Below are positions 38,341 through 48,530 of a stretch of 64,000 bases of DNA, one piece after another; position 1 is the stretch's first letter; each line of letters begins with the position of its first letter. The stretch covers positions 392,547 through 456,546 of the forward strand of contig JBBDPM010000006.1 in assembly GCA_040876345.1 (NCBI GenBank). Direction: 5' to 3'. Below the pieces are notes generated by a model. That model worked only from the letters and a program-made list of their open reading frames with translations, was not told where the DNA came from and ran no database searches. Source of the DNA: Candidatus Woykebacteria bacterium. Its GTDB lineage: Bacteria; Patescibacteriota; Microgenomatia; Woykebacterales; RBG-16-39-9b. The position numbers and the translations under genes are program-made.

Positions 38341-38613
38341 TTGCCAATAGGCACATTTCTAGATTCTTTTCCAACAATGCTATTTGTCAGTGTTCACATA
38401 GCACTTCTTTTGGTAGGGGTGTGGGCAGTTAAAAAAGCTATGGATATGAAGCTACCGTTTGCTCAAGCTTTCTGGCTGTATCCGTTAGTGCACGTTGGAT
38501 TCCTTTCCTACTTTGGAGGAATTTTCACGTTTAAAATGGCAGTTTTTTTGGAGCAAGTCCTTGTGGTTATTATGGTAGTTTGGATTGTAACAAAAGCTCA
38601 AAAAGCTGGCTAG
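38341..38613 (+). CDS. Small membrane protein (3 TM)
   Basis: GGAGGTG RBS before TTG; terminator follows. Confidence 0.65.
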   Translation: MPIGTFLDSFPTMLFVSVHIALLLVGVWAVKKAMDMKLPFAQAFWLYPLVHVGFLSYFGGIFTFKMAVFLEQVLVVIMVVWIVTKAQKAG

Positions 38614-38624
38614 CTTTGGTGGCT

Positions 38625-38658
38625 AGAAAAACGACTCAGAAATGGGTCGTTTTTCTTT
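38625..38658 (+). terminator. Intrinsic terminator
   Basis: agaaaaacgactca-gaaa-tgggtcgtttttcttt. Confidence 0.75.
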
Positions 38659-38811
38659 GGTCAAAAAACCTTGGTAGTAAGTTCCAACATAGTTTACTAG
38701 TCCGAGCCAATAGTACAAACCCCAATAACTAACAATTTACATTGTCATCACAATACTTTTTAAGTTCCAACGATCTTTTTATTACCCACACTTTTTGTTA
38801 GAATAGTTTCT

Positions 38812-39192
38812 ATGTCAGCCTTTGAAGCTTGGGAAGACCCGCAAACAAAAACAAAATTCTATTTCAGTCATTCAGACAAGAATTTTACAACTGGTGTGAT
38901 GGTTCTACCGCCACACTCCGAGTTACCAAAACACAACAGACCTTTAGCCTATGAAAATCTAGTACAAGTTTCTGGAAAATGTGTGATGAAAGTCTTTGAT
39001 AAGAATGGCCAAATGAACGAACACACTCTAGAAGTAAGTAGTTCTTTAAGTATGGATAAAGGTCAATTTCATATCCACGCTAATCCTTTTGAGGAAATTT
39101 CCTACACTCTTTTCAAAGCAGAGGGGGATATCACCTCTATAGTTGAAACAATACGCAATTCCTTTAAGAAGATTGAACTAACTGAAAGCTAA
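38812..39192 (+). CDS. Cupin-domain protein
   Basis: LPKH.R...E.L....G and H.H.NP motifs. Confidence 0.8.
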   Translation: MSAFEAWEDPQTKTKFYFSHSDKNFTTGVMVLPPHSELPKHNRPLAYENLVQVSGKCVMKVFDKNGQMNEHTLEVSSSLSMDKGQFHIHANPFEEISYTLFKAEGDITSIVETIRNSFKKIELTES

Positions 39193-39259
39193 TATTCTCT
39201 TGGCAAAAAGTTCTAACCGCACCTATAAACTGGTGTCAAATTAGCTAGATGAGAAAAAT

Positions 39260-39523
39260 ATGAAGAAATACACCTTTGAATTTGTCAGTTACTCAAAACC
39301 CAAAAATAATGATAAAGATTTTGATACATACGAAAGTGTTGTAAACTCGGAGTTTAAAAATCTAAATGTCGTAGTATTTCAAGAGAACTATTCTTCTGCT
39401 GAGGATAAAGCAAAAAACCAGGTAGGCGAAGTGATAGACAAAATATACAAGAAGTATAGGGTTCAGGGAGACTATATCCATTTAAAGTTAAAACTAATAG
39501 AAGAGTTACAAAATGATTCTTGA
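39260..39523 (+). CDS. Hypothetical protein
   Basis: AT-rich 87-aa ORF between repeats. Confidence 0.55.
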   Translation: MKKYTFEFVSYSKPKNNDKDFDTYESVVNSEFKNLNVVVFQENYSSAEDKAKNQVGEVIDKIYKKYRVQGDYIHLKLKLIEELQNDS

Positions 39524-39556
39524 GCTGCGGTAGTAGTTCCCAACATAATCGACCAG

Positions 39557-39624
39557 AGCGAGACACGATTTTTAGCCTCAAAATACCCTATCAAAATGCA
39601 TCAGCCCCAACAGGATTCGAACTT
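39557..39624. repeat. Degenerate att-like repeat, copy 1
   Basis: Aligns with 40257-40327 over about 70 nt. Confidence 0.75.
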
Positions 39625-39642
39625 CTGATATAATTAATTTGC

Positions 39643-40137
39643 ATGAAAGTTAAAATATTTGTAACGGGTGGGACATTTGATAAAGAGTACAACGATAAGG
39701 ATGGACAACTCTTCTTTAAATATACCCATCTTCCCGAAATACTTGAGCTGGGACGTTCACGTGTCGTTGTTGATGTAGAAACCTTGATGATGATTGACAG
39801 TCTGGAAATGACAGACGAAGGTAGAGAAAAAATCGCCAAAAATTGCCTTGATATAAATGAAAACAAGATTATCCTTACTCACGGGACTGATACTATGGTA
39901 GAAACTGCCAAAGTGCTTGCTAAAAGAATAAAAAATAAGACTATTGTCCTTACAGGTGCTATGGTTCCTTTTGTATTTAGAAGTTCTGATGGATTATTTA
40001 ATTTAGGAGCAGCCTTGGCTTTTGTCCAAGCTCTTCCTACAGGTGTTTACATTGCTATGAATGGGAGATATTTTAATTGGGACAATGCTAGGAAGAATAA
40101 GGAGACGGGAGAGTTTGAACCAGTACCACAGGACTAG
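39643..40137 (+). CDS. Short asparaginase (N-terminal domain only)
   Basis: TGGTFDK, HGTDTM, LTGAM. Confidence 0.9.
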   Translation: MKVKIFVTGGTFDKEYNDKDGQLFFKYTHLPEILELGRSRVVVDVETLMMIDSLEMTDEGREKIAKNCLDINENKIILTHGTDTMVETAKVLAKRIKNKTIVLTGAMVPFVFRSSDGLFNLGAALAFVQALPTGVYIAMNGRYFNWDNARKNKETGEFEPVPQD

Positions 40138-40256
40138 AACTCTAGCTTCAACTTTTTTGCAAGTTAATTTCTCGTACTGTTTTGTTGTAACAACTCAACT
40201 AAATTTAAAGTATTTGTGAATAACGATCCCAATTATAAGTTCTAAGTGCGTCGAGT

Positions 40257-40336
40257 AGCGGGAGCCAGATATTTTAGCCTCAGAGTACTCCTATCAAACT
40301 AGTTCAACCCCAACAGGACTAGAACTTTTAGCTTCA
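40257..40336. repeat. Degenerate att-like repeat, copy 2
   Basis: cgggagcca...ttttagcctca...cctatcaaa...ccccaacaggactagaactt. Confidence 0.75.
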
Positions 40337-40384
40337 AAGAGCCTTTCTTTATGAGATAATGATTAGCGTGAAGGAATACCAAAG

Positions 40385-41194
40385 ATGGATATTTTTACGG
40401 CTCAGCTTATAACGGCATTTTTAATTGGAGGAGTACTTGTCTCTTCACTTTCACTATTAGCAGAAAAAGCTCCTTCTAAAACTGCAGGGTTAATATTATC
40501 ACTACCATCAACTTCAGTAGTCAGTTTTTTCTTTATAGGATTAGTTACTTCAAAGGGCCAGATTTATGAGGCTGCGTTGGGGGCATTTCCAGCATTGGGA
40601 GCGTCTCTAATTTTTGCAGTTGTGTACATTTATGTTGCAAATTTATTCAAACAGAAAAACCTGAGTCTTACTGTAAGCCTTATTGGCGGTTTTGTAGTTT
40701 GGTTTTTTCTAGCAATTCTGATTGTTTCATTTGAACCTTTAAATTTACCTTATTCTTTAGGAATATATACCTTCCTTGCCGTAGTTTCCCACTATTTCTT
40801 ATTTATCAGAACTAAGGATAAAACAGACGGATTAGTTGCCAATGTACCACTTGACGCTAATTCACTCATCGTTCGTTCGGCCTTTGCAGGAGCAGTTGTA
40901 GCTACAGTGGTCCTGATGTCAAAGGTAGCTGGCCCTTTTTGGGGTGGTGTTTTTAGTGTTTTCCCTGCGGCTTATGCTTCTAACCTGATCGCCTTTCATA
41001 ACAAGCTTGGTGCGGATTCGCTGTTCCGCTTTTCAAAAGTACTTCCGATAGGTTCGCCCTCCTTTGTTTTGTATGCTTCTGCAGCCGCTTTTACCTTCCC
41101 GTTAATTGGGCTCATTTGGGGGACAATTGTTTCTTATATTGTGTCCGCTATGTTCGTTTATATAGTTTGGAAAATAAGTTTTCAAAATCGCTAG
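40385..41194 (+). CDS. Polytopic membrane protein (DUF3147-like)
   Basis: About 8 TM segments, internal duplication, GP.WGGVFS.FP. Confidence 0.7.
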   Translation: MDIFTAQLITAFLIGGVLVSSLSLLAEKAPSKTAGLILSLPSTSVVSFFFIGLVTSKGQIYEAALGAFPALGASLIFAVVYIYVANLFKQKNLSLTVSLIGGFVVWFFLAILIVSFEPLNLPYSLGIYTFLAVVSHYFLFIRTKDKTDGLVANVPLDANSLIVRSAFAGAVVATVVLMSKVAGPFWGGVFSVFPAAYASNLIAFHNKLGADSLFRFSKVLPIGSPSFVLYASAAAFTFPLIGLIWGTIVSYIVSAMFVYIVWKISFQNR

Positions 41195-41406
41195 GCAGTA
41201 TTGTTAGTGGTGAACACAGATGAGAGTTGATAATTACTCCAATCAAAAATTCTAAGTACGTGGCGTAGTGGGAGCCAATATTCAAAGATAAAACCCCTAC
41301 TTCAGTTTTTAGTTTATTGGAGATACAATTATCTTGTATGGCTGGAAATAACAATTACTGGGCTTACTGGGATTTTGCATTTCCTATTAGATTAGGAAAT
41401 AAAAAT

Positions 41407-41640
41407 ATGTTGTCTAAAAGAATCGTAGTATTTTTGCTTTTACAGTACTCAACTGTTTTTTTATACTTGATAATACTTTTTAGTTTTTTTGAGAGTAATA
41501 TTAATACCACAGGTGGTCGTGGATTATTTGCTCCAGGAAAAGCTCCGGCTACTACAGGTGATTTTCTAGCTTTTGCTGGTTATTTAACTATAGCCTGGGT
41601 TTTTTGGTATATTTACGACAAAAAATATCAGCGTCAATAA
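41407..41640 (+). CDS. Small 2-TM protein
   Basis: MLSKRIVV start; two hydrophobic segments. Confidence 0.5.
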   Translation: MLSKRIVVFLLLQYSTVFLYLIILFSFFESNINTTGGRGLFAPGKAPATTGDFLAFAGYLTIAWVFWYIYDKKYQRQ

Positions 41641-41766
41641 CAAGTCTAAAAAGTTCCCACATACTACACCAAAGCGGGCCAGCTACTACTTAATGCAAAT
41701 TTTCCCCAACCTGCACCGAATCTTCCATTGACAATACCAACTTAATTGTATATTATTGTCATATAC

Positions 41767-42075
41767 ATGGGGCTTGACGATATAGGTGGTTTTGATTGGG
41801 ATGAGGGAAACATTTTAAAGAACTGGGAGAAACACAAGGTAAAGCATACAGAAGCGGAAGAAGTTTTTGAAAACAAACCAAGGTTTGTTTTTCCAGACAC
41901 TCAACATTCTAAGGTAGAGTTAAGATACGGTATATTAGGAGTAACCAACGAGAAAAGATTACTTTCAGTTACCTTTATGTTGAGAAGCAATCGGACAAGA
42001 GTGGTAAGTGCTCGGGATATGAGCAAAAGAGAAAGGAAATTTTATGAAAAAATTAAAGCAGCTACCAAAATTTAA
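41767..42075 (+). CDS. BrnT-family toxin
   Basis: FDWDEGN..KN..KH.V...EAEEVF...R.VSAR; TTGACA-17-TATTAT promoter with tgacaata/tattgtca inverted repeat. Confidence 0.9.
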   Translation: MGLDDIGGFDWDEGNILKNWEKHKVKHTEAEEVFENKPRFVFPDTQHSKVELRYGILGVTNEKRLLSVTFMLRSNRTRVVSARDMSKRERKFYEKIKAATKI

Positions 42076-42325
42076 AAACGAAGATGGGGAGCGTGATTTT
42101 TGGGCAAAGCACGATTTTATTGATTACTTCGATGTCGACAAGGTGATCGTTAATCCTTCCTTCCCAAATTTAAAGCCTTCAACTCAAACCATCTCAATCC
42201 GTCTAACTCAGTCGTTACTAAATGCCCTTAAAGAGCTCGCAAACAAAAAAGATGTTCCCTATCAATCCCTAATGAAGATGTATTTGTCGGAAAAGGTTGA
42301 GGAGGAGTTGCAATCTGTAAAGTAA
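42044..42325 (+). CDS. BrnA/CopG-like antitoxin
   Basis: ISIRL...L..LK.LA...VPYQSL.K.YL. Confidence 0.88.
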   Translation: MKKLKQLPKFKNEDGERDFWAKHDFIDYFDVDKVIVNPSFPNLKPSTQTISIRLTQSLLNALKELANKKDVPYQSLMKMYLSEKVEEELQSVK

Positions 42326-42383
42326 GTTTCAACTCTTGAAGCTACCCGAAAAGCTAGTTTTTTGTTTTGCTATAATCAATGGC

Positions 42384-43115
42384 ATGAAAGTGGCCATAAT
42401 AACTGGTGCTAGTAGTGGCATCGGCAAGGTAGCTGCAGAGCGGCTCTTGAAAAATGGCTGGAGAATATACGGCTTATCACGCACTGAACCGAACATTAAA
42501 AATGGTAACTTTGTGTGGCTCGCCTGTGACCTAGCAAAGCCTGATACCATCGCAAAAACATTAGAGAAGATCGCTGAGCCCAGAGTCGACTTACTCGTCA
42601 GTAATGCTGGCGTAGCCTTTGAACAGCCACCGACGGGAGCCACACAAGAATCCTATGAAAAGATGTTTTCTGTTAATGTTTTAGCCCCGATGCTGCTAAC
42701 TGCTATGTTGAAAGATAAGATCGCCCACTCTACTATCATTAGTATTTCATCAGTTTCCGACCGTCTTATTGAGAAAGATTACGCACTTTATTGTAGTTCC
42801 AAGGCCGCGAATACTCGTTTTTTTGAAGCTCTAGCAGATAATTTAGTGGGCGCTAAAGTCTACACTTTGCTACCTGATTACGTTGATACCCCAATGTTAA
42901 GAGAACTTGAGGAAGGCCGTAACTTCAATTGGTCGCAAGCATTGAGTGTAGAAGATCTTGTAAAGTTAGTGGTTGATCTCGCATTAGGGAAATTTGATTT
43001 GGCGTCAGGTTCAAATATAATTGTCGTGAATAACGCACTCAAAGAGGATCTTGCAAGTCGAGAAAAACTCTATGGTTTTAATACTGATACAGGCGAATTA
43101 GTTAAGTTGCAATGA
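42384..43115 (+). CDS. Short-chain dehydrogenase/reductase
   Basis: TGASSGIG, NAG, YCSSK. Confidence 0.92.
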   Translation: MKVAIITGASSGIGKVAAERLLKNGWRIYGLSRTEPNIKNGNFVWLACDLAKPDTIAKTLEKIAEPRVDLLVSNAGVAFEQPPTGATQESYEKMFSVNVLAPMLLTAMLKDKIAHSTIISISSVSDRLIEKDYALYCSSKAANTRFFEALADNLVGAKVYTLLPDYVDTPMLRELEEGRNFNWSQALSVEDLVKLVVDLALGKFDLASGSNIIVVNNALKEDLASREKLYGFNTDTGELVKLQ

Positions 43116-43184
43116 AGTTCTAATTTCAGTCACTAGTAGGATCCATTGAATTTAGCCTCGTTTTTTCATATCCCCAGGTAGGAC

Positions 43185-43330
43185 GTTCGAGACTTTATTT
43201 GCATTCAATTTGGCCACGAGTTCTTCTACAATCTTTGCAGAAATAATGTTTTCATTCTTTTCAAAATCCAAGGTTTGTTTTGAGTAGCGACTTTCCGCTC
43301 TTGGTGTTAAATTAACTGCTGTCTCAGAGG
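43185..43330 (-). pseudogene. Remnant of an antitoxin C-terminus plus toxin start, homologous to the 49192-49726 pair
   Basis: ESRYSKQTLDFEKNENIISAK..ELVAKLNANK versus ERRYLKQTADFEKNKNIVSAK..DLIAKLDANK. Confidence 0.7.
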
Positions 43331-43924
43331 TAAATACGTACGGGTAGGCGCTTTTATTGCCACTGCTCCAGAGCATGTGGAGCGGGTGTTAGAAGGGCTT
43401 TGATTGAATACACAAGTGATAATATAAGTTATTTTATCGATAAAATCTCCCTATTTCACCTTGTTTTTGAAACCATTCATCCGTTCAATGATGGGAACGG
43501 TAGAATCGGCCGAATATTAATTATCAATTATACAAATTAGGATTTCCGGGAATAATTATTCGTGATAAAGAGAAGCAAGTCTACTAACGTTCTTTCAAAG
43601 AATATCGTGATGATAGAAACACTAAAACAATTGAAAGAATAATATTGCTGGCAATAATGGAAAGCTTGCATAAAAGGACCGCGTATCTTAAAGGAATAAA
43701 AATTATTAGGGCTTCTGAGTTTGCAATACAGAAAAACAAGCCCCTTCCGGTAATTCTTAATGCAGCAAGGCGCCAAACAATCCCCGCTTTCAGAGAAAAA
43801 GGTGTGTGGAAAATTGGAATAGATGCGTAATTTACATTTTTCGCCGATCTATCAATATTTCCAGCTTAATCTATAACACTAGCCCAATGATTTTTTTTAC
43901 TCCTTAACTTATTTTCCTAACCTT

Positions 43925-44806
43925 TTAACTTTTCAATTCACGAAGATTGATTGGTGTCCAAATCTCACCAAATATCCCACTGGCTAGCAGCTGATCAAGA
44001 GTTGTAAGAGCAAAAGTAAAATGAGTCTTAAAAAAAGTCTTTTCTAGAGCCTTTTTAATAAACTTTGTTAGGAAGAGCCGAGTTTGATCATTGGCGCAGA
44101 TAAATAGCGCCACCGGATTAGTTCCCGGTTGCTGGTCTGTATCTGAGTCTGAGTACTTAAGGTACTGTCGGACTCTATAGCGAAGATAGTACCTGGGGAC
44201 TCCTTGCTCCATTAGTTCAAGGAAGTAGCGCCGCTCTTTCCTAGATTTGAAACGGCTTCTTTGCCCTTCCTCAAAAGTCTCTCCAAGGCTCTCTTGCGTC
44301 TTTTCTTTTTTGATTATCTCTGAAGGCGCTCGGTTGAGAGAAAAGAGAGCATCGGGATAGGGTTCAATCATGTCCTCAACCTCAGAGAGGTCTACCTTGG
44401 TGTGGAAATAGTTAAGGGCATTTAGGTCCTTTGTCCTTTGCAAAAGCTCAATGTATAGATTAGCAAGAGATAAACAATGATTTCTAAATTTATCTGATCG
44501 ATACTTTTCTCGGTACAGTTTGTGGACGATATCAGAATTCCCTTTTCTTTTTAAGAGCCGGACTCCAGTGGGGGCAGCAAAATAGACTGCCGGTTGAATG
44601 TTTAAAGGTATCTTCCTCTCGTAAATCCTCACCAGATAACCCTTACTAACCAAGTCTCTTAACCAAGCATTGATTCTTTTGTAATCTTTGTGCTCCAGGA
44701 GTGTTTGAACCTGAATTCTATCTAGAAATCTAAACTTATAAATAAACATCATGACTTCTTGTTGTTTGCTAGTTATGTAGGGAAGATCCGCAGACCAGTT
44801 TTTCAT
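43925..44806 (-). CDS. Replication-relaxation (Replic_Relax) family protein
   Basis: N-terminal wHTH (RFL...Q...L....L..L...GY), H.L, PDA, YFLE, Y..Y. Confidence 0.75.
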   Translation of the reverse strand: MKNWSADLPYITSKQQEVMMFIYKFRFLDRIQVQTLLEHKDYKRINAWLRDLVSKGYLVRIYERKIPLNIQPAVYFAAPTGVRLLKRKGNSDIVHKLYREKYRSDKFRNHCLSLANLYIELLQRTKDLNALNYFHTKVDLSEVEDMIEPYPDALFSLNRAPSEIIKKEKTQESLGETFEEGQRSRFKSRKERRYFLELMEQGVPRYYLRYRVRQYLKYSDSDTDQQPGTNPVALFICANDQTRLFLTKFIKKALEKTFFKTHFTFALTTLDQLLASGIFGEIWTPINLRELKS

Positions 44807-45132
44807 AGGTAAGGGCAGGTAATTTGGCAGAAGATTCCTTGAGTAGTGGGTAGAATAAAGAAATATTATTTTACTCCCTTTAGTATACTAAAGGAAAGAG
44901 GGAACAACCCCTATAAAATTCGACGCGTATAGTAGGCGCAGAAATTGTGGCCACTACTGCCCTAGATGGTGGCCACTAAATGTGATTCTAATAAAACGCT
45001 AATTTTTTTCATTTTTAGAACCAACCCAAATTTAATCTGGTTTTATATTAATCAAGCGTTCCCAACTTCACTCGCCCATATTTAAATTTGAGTTGAAATT
45101 GAAGCTATAGGTACTATATAATCCGCTTTGTT

Positions 45133-46395
45133 ATGAACACGCTTCTTCGTTGGCCGTTTCCGGCAATTTTCTTTATACTAGCCCTGATAGTTGTTTTTTG
45201 GCTTAACAAGACGCCGCCATCTGTGTCGGTGCAAAGTGGGCCGAGCCAAAAAATGACCGAGGAGCAGGCTGAAACTTTTGTCGAAAATGAAATGCTAAAA
45301 TGCTCAAAGCAGTTTAACCCTGCTGGCTGCACCGAGCAAGCTTCAAAACTTTTTTTGTCCCAAATGAGCTATGACCAATTATTAAAGGCTCTTAAAACTG
45401 CGACAAAAACCCCTTCCGTTTATGAAATTTGTCACCCACTAGTCCATTTTATCGGTCGGTCTAGCTACACATTAGAACATGACATGGATAAACTTTTCGC
45501 TGCTGACAGATCAGTTTGTGATTCTGGCTTTTACCACGGGGTAATTGAGCAAAACCTAGAAGAGAAGGGCACTATTGTTTTCCAAGACAACCAGGTGAAA
45601 TCTTTTGAGGGCGTTAAGGATTTATGCGGGAAAATAGAAGACTACTCTATTCCACTTCGATACAGTAGTTGTGTTCATGGCCTTGGCCATGGTTTGATGT
45701 ACGTGACCGATAATGACCTGATGATTTCTCTGAAAGGTTGCGACACAACACCTGGTCCTGGTACTTGTTATGGCGGGGTGTTTATGGAAAACGGTGGCTC
45801 GGCTACAAACCCCTATCACTATTCAAAGTATCTTCGAGCTGACGACCTACTTTATCCATGTAATAGCCTCGAAGAAAAATATCTAGTCGCCTGTTATCGA
45901 TACCAAAGCCTTTATTATGCCCGGCTTACCAGTCGAGATTGGCCAAAAACCCTAGATTTGTGCTTAAAAGTGCCCAAGGAATATCAAGGAACCTGTATTC
46001 AGTTTGTAGGTAGTAACCTGATTAATTATTCTGAAGATATAAATCTGATGAAAAGTGTCTATGCAAAAGTTCCCGAGGCTTACCAAGGGTATTTTATAAC
46101 CGGCCTTGTCTCTGGTCTAGGAGAGGATAATGTGGGGGTGCCTAGCAAAATGAAAGCAGTTTGTGATTTTGTTAGTGGTTCGAGCTTAGAGACCAGTTGT
46201 TATAAAGACATAGGAGTTGCCATAAGAAGGTGGTCGTTTGACCTGCAAGAGAGGCAACACTTTTGTGAAGAAGCTCTTGCAAGATCTGCCTTTGAAAACT
46301 GTGCTTATGCTAGCATACCCAACTTTGATCCCTTCTTTTATCGAGTATTCTCGGGGATAAAAGAGCTAACAAACTTCAGATTAGATTATTACTAG
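45133..46395 (+). CDS. Membrane-anchored Cys/His-repeat protein
   Basis: CH...H.IG, C.SG.YHGV.E, CVHGLGHGLM, CYGGVFMEN. Confidence 0.75.
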   Translation: MNTLLRWPFPAIFFILALIVVFWLNKTPPSVSVQSGPSQKMTEEQAETFVENEMLKCSKQFNPAGCTEQASKLFLSQMSYDQLLKALKTATKTPSVYEICHPLVHFIGRSSYTLEHDMDKLFAADRSVCDSGFYHGVIEQNLEEKGTIVFQDNQVKSFEGVKDLCGKIEDYSIPLRYSSCVHGLGHGLMYVTDNDLMISLKGCDTTPGPGTCYGGVFMENGGSATNPYHYSKYLRADDLLYPCNSLEEKYLVACYRYQSLYYARLTSRDWPKTLDLCLKVPKEYQGTCIQFVGSNLINYSEDINLMKSVYAKVPEAYQGYFITGLVSGLGEDNVGVPSKMKAVCDFVSGSSLETSCYKDIGVAIRRWSFDLQERQHFCEEALARSAFENCAYASIPNFDPFFYRVFSGIKELTNFRLDYY

Positions 46396-46448
46396 TGAGA
46401 CCTTTTGAGGCTCTTTTTCTTTTAAATGTGTAGTATACTTACTTCTTG

Positions 46449-47480
46449 ATGAAAGTATCAGCTGCTCCAATTTTGGTAAAACCCAAGTTCTCTCATTCTG
46501 AAGGCTCAAAGATTTACTCAGGTCTGAGAGAAAAAGTGACTGCGGCTGGGATACTGGGCCGATCCTACTATTATTATTTATTTTCGACTCTTGTAACCAT
46601 TTTGGGGACAGCCGTCTCAGTTCATGGGGCTCTTGTTTCCTCGTCCATTTTAGAAGTCGCTCTTTGGTCAATAGCTTTTGTGTTTTTTTCAATACAGCTA
46701 GCTGGTTTTTTCCATGATGCAGGTCACCGGGCAGTATTTAAGAGCACCTTTTTTAATGACTTGTTCGGCGGTTTTATTGCCGCTCTTGCCAACATCTCCT
46801 ACTCTTACTGGAAGTTTAAACATAATAAGCATCACGCTAGTCCCAATGAAGTCGATGAAGACCCGGACATCGAAATCCCCTTTATCTCTTTTACCCACCG
46901 GAAAAAGATGGCTAACCCCCTGGAAGAAAGGCTTAAACCCTACCAAGCTTACTTATACTTTCCGCTGGGAGTTTTTGCCCTAGTGTATTTTAAGTTTCGA
47001 AGCCTTGTGTTCTTTAAAGGAAATCGAGGAACCTATCTTCTTTTGGAAATCCCAATTTACCTAATTGGAGGTGTCATTTGGTACATTGTTCCTTTCTTTC
47101 TCGTTCCCCTCCCCCACGCTTTGGTATTCTTGGCCTTATCAAACTTGGGTGTTGGTTTCTATCTGATGAATATTTTTGCTCCAAATCATAAAGGGATGCC
47201 TCAGATAGAAAAAGGCGCTGAATTTTCCTTCTTGGAGCAGCAAATAATAACCGCCCGAAACGTCAAGAGTAATCCCCTTTTGGATATTCTATACATCGGT
47301 TTAAATTACCAAATTGAACATCATCTTTTCCCTAATTGTCCTCGTAACAAACTAAAATTAATCACTCCTTACGTTTTGGAAATTTGTAAAAAATACAATT
47401 TGGAATACAGCGAGGTAAGTTTGGTTGAAACTAACTTGATTATTCTAGGTGAACTAAACGAGGTAGCCAGCAGTTCTTAA
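46449..47480 (+). CDS. Membrane fatty-acid (acyl-CoA) desaturase
   Basis: His boxes HDAGH, HNKHH, QIEHHLFP. Confidence 0.93.
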   Translation: MKVSAAPILVKPKFSHSEGSKIYSGLREKVTAAGILGRSYYYYLFSTLVTILGTAVSVHGALVSSSILEVALWSIAFVFFSIQLAGFFHDAGHRAVFKSTFFNDLFGGFIAALANISYSYWKFKHNKHHASPNEVDEDPDIEIPFISFTHRKKMANPLEERLKPYQAYLYFPLGVFALVYFKFRSLVFFKGNRGTYLLLEIPIYLIGGVIWYIVPFFLVPLPHALVFLALSNLGVGFYLMNIFAPNHKGMPQIEKGAEFSFLEQQIITARNVKSNPLLDILYIGLNYQIEHHLFPNCPRNKLKLITPYVLEICKKYNLEYSEVSLVETNLIILGELNEVASSS

Positions 47481-47523
47481 GGCATTGATAACTGCGCCAA
47501 AAAATGCTCTACTTTTAATAAGT

Positions 47524-48210
47524 ATGGATCAACTAGCACCAAAATCCAAAACTTTTCAAGATTCTTTGTATGAAAAGGCGGCTCGCAACCAGAGCCTGGT
47601 TAAAGCCTTGTTTGACATTTCCTACTCAATACTAATTTCCATTGTGGTTTTAACTACAATCTCAGCCTTCAGAGACCAAGAAGTATTTAATTACTTTCTG
47701 GTAAAAAGAGCTATTTTTGGCAGACTTGCTCTGGTAGTTTTACTTATCACTCTGACACCAGGAATACTGGGAAGATTTAACATCCAGATAAAGGCTATAA
47801 GAATAATTACCCTTTTTCGAAGGCGCCTCGGAATTTTGGTTTTCTTGCTAGCCTTTACTCATGCAAGTTTAATGTTCCTTCCGAAAATCGTCAAAATTGA
47901 ACCGTTCCTAATCCCCCCACCCACCTTTCAGATTTTTGGAATCCTGGCCTTAACCATACTTTCTTTCATGTTCCTCACTTCAAACAATTTTAGTGTGCGA
48001 AGGCTTGGACCTTGGTGGAAAAGGCTGCACCGTCTTGTCTACGTTGCGCTCTTATTTATCTTGCTACACACCGCTTTACAAAGAACTAGTATTTGGAGCA
48101 TATCGGCCGGGGTATTTTTCGCTCTGGAGATTTCTTCATTAATATACGCTTACTTAAAGGGTGGTTCATTCAACAATCCCACTCTAAAACAAACCCCAAA
48201 AACCCCGTGA
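47524..48210 (+). CDS. MsrQ-like heme-b ferric-reductase TM protein
   Basis: TP, RRRLG..F..A..H, TS, W.RLHRLVY....LH. Confidence 0.82.
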   Translation: MDQLAPKSKTFQDSLYEKAARNQSLVKALFDISYSILISIVVLTTISAFRDQEVFNYFLVKRAIFGRLALVVLLITLTPGILGRFNIQIKAIRIITLFRRRLGILVFLLAFTHASLMFLPKIVKIEPFLIPPPTFQIFGILALTILSFMFLTSNNFSVRRLGPWWKRLHRLVYVALLFILLHTALQRTSIWSISAGVFFALEISSLIYAYLKGGSFNNPTLKQTPKTP

Positions 48211-48255
48211 AATTTGCCAACTAGCAGATTTTTATTGCTAAAAATTAGTCTATGA

Positions 48256-48519
48256 TTAAATACCCCGGTAGATATCCTTTCTGTGGCGGAAGCGGTGGAG
48301 AGTAAAGGAAGTTTCAGTAAAAGAGTAGGTGAGTCGGTATTGTCCAATGCGAACTCGGTAAACCTTATCTTTTATTCCAGTGCTTTTGCGAATATTAAGT
48401 TTAGGATCAAGCGGATTTTCCAGGAGAATAGAGGTTAGATGATTAGATTTTTGACGAATTTCGGTAGATATTTTGGCCAAATCTTTCCTGAATTGAGGGG
48501 TCACAAGTAGGGATCGCAT
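48256..48519 (-). CDS. RelE/ParE-family toxin
   Basis: F.KDL.K...YRVRIG.YRL.Y....HRKDIY. Confidence 0.88.
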   Translation of the reverse strand: MRSLLVTPQFRKDLAKISTEIRQKSNHLTSILLENPLDPKLNIRKSTGIKDKVYRVRIGQYRLTYSFTETSFTLHRFRHRKDIYRGI

Positions 48520-48530
48520 TTAATGCCTGG

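Noticed and set aside
38200-41300. CRISPR array or classical integron attC sites
   Set aside because: The repeats are degenerate and spaced by whole genes, with no cas or intI and no attC R/L boxes.
43400-43900. Short ORFs 43537-43776 and 43645-43830
   Set aside because: No motifs or start signals; probably decayed island DNA.
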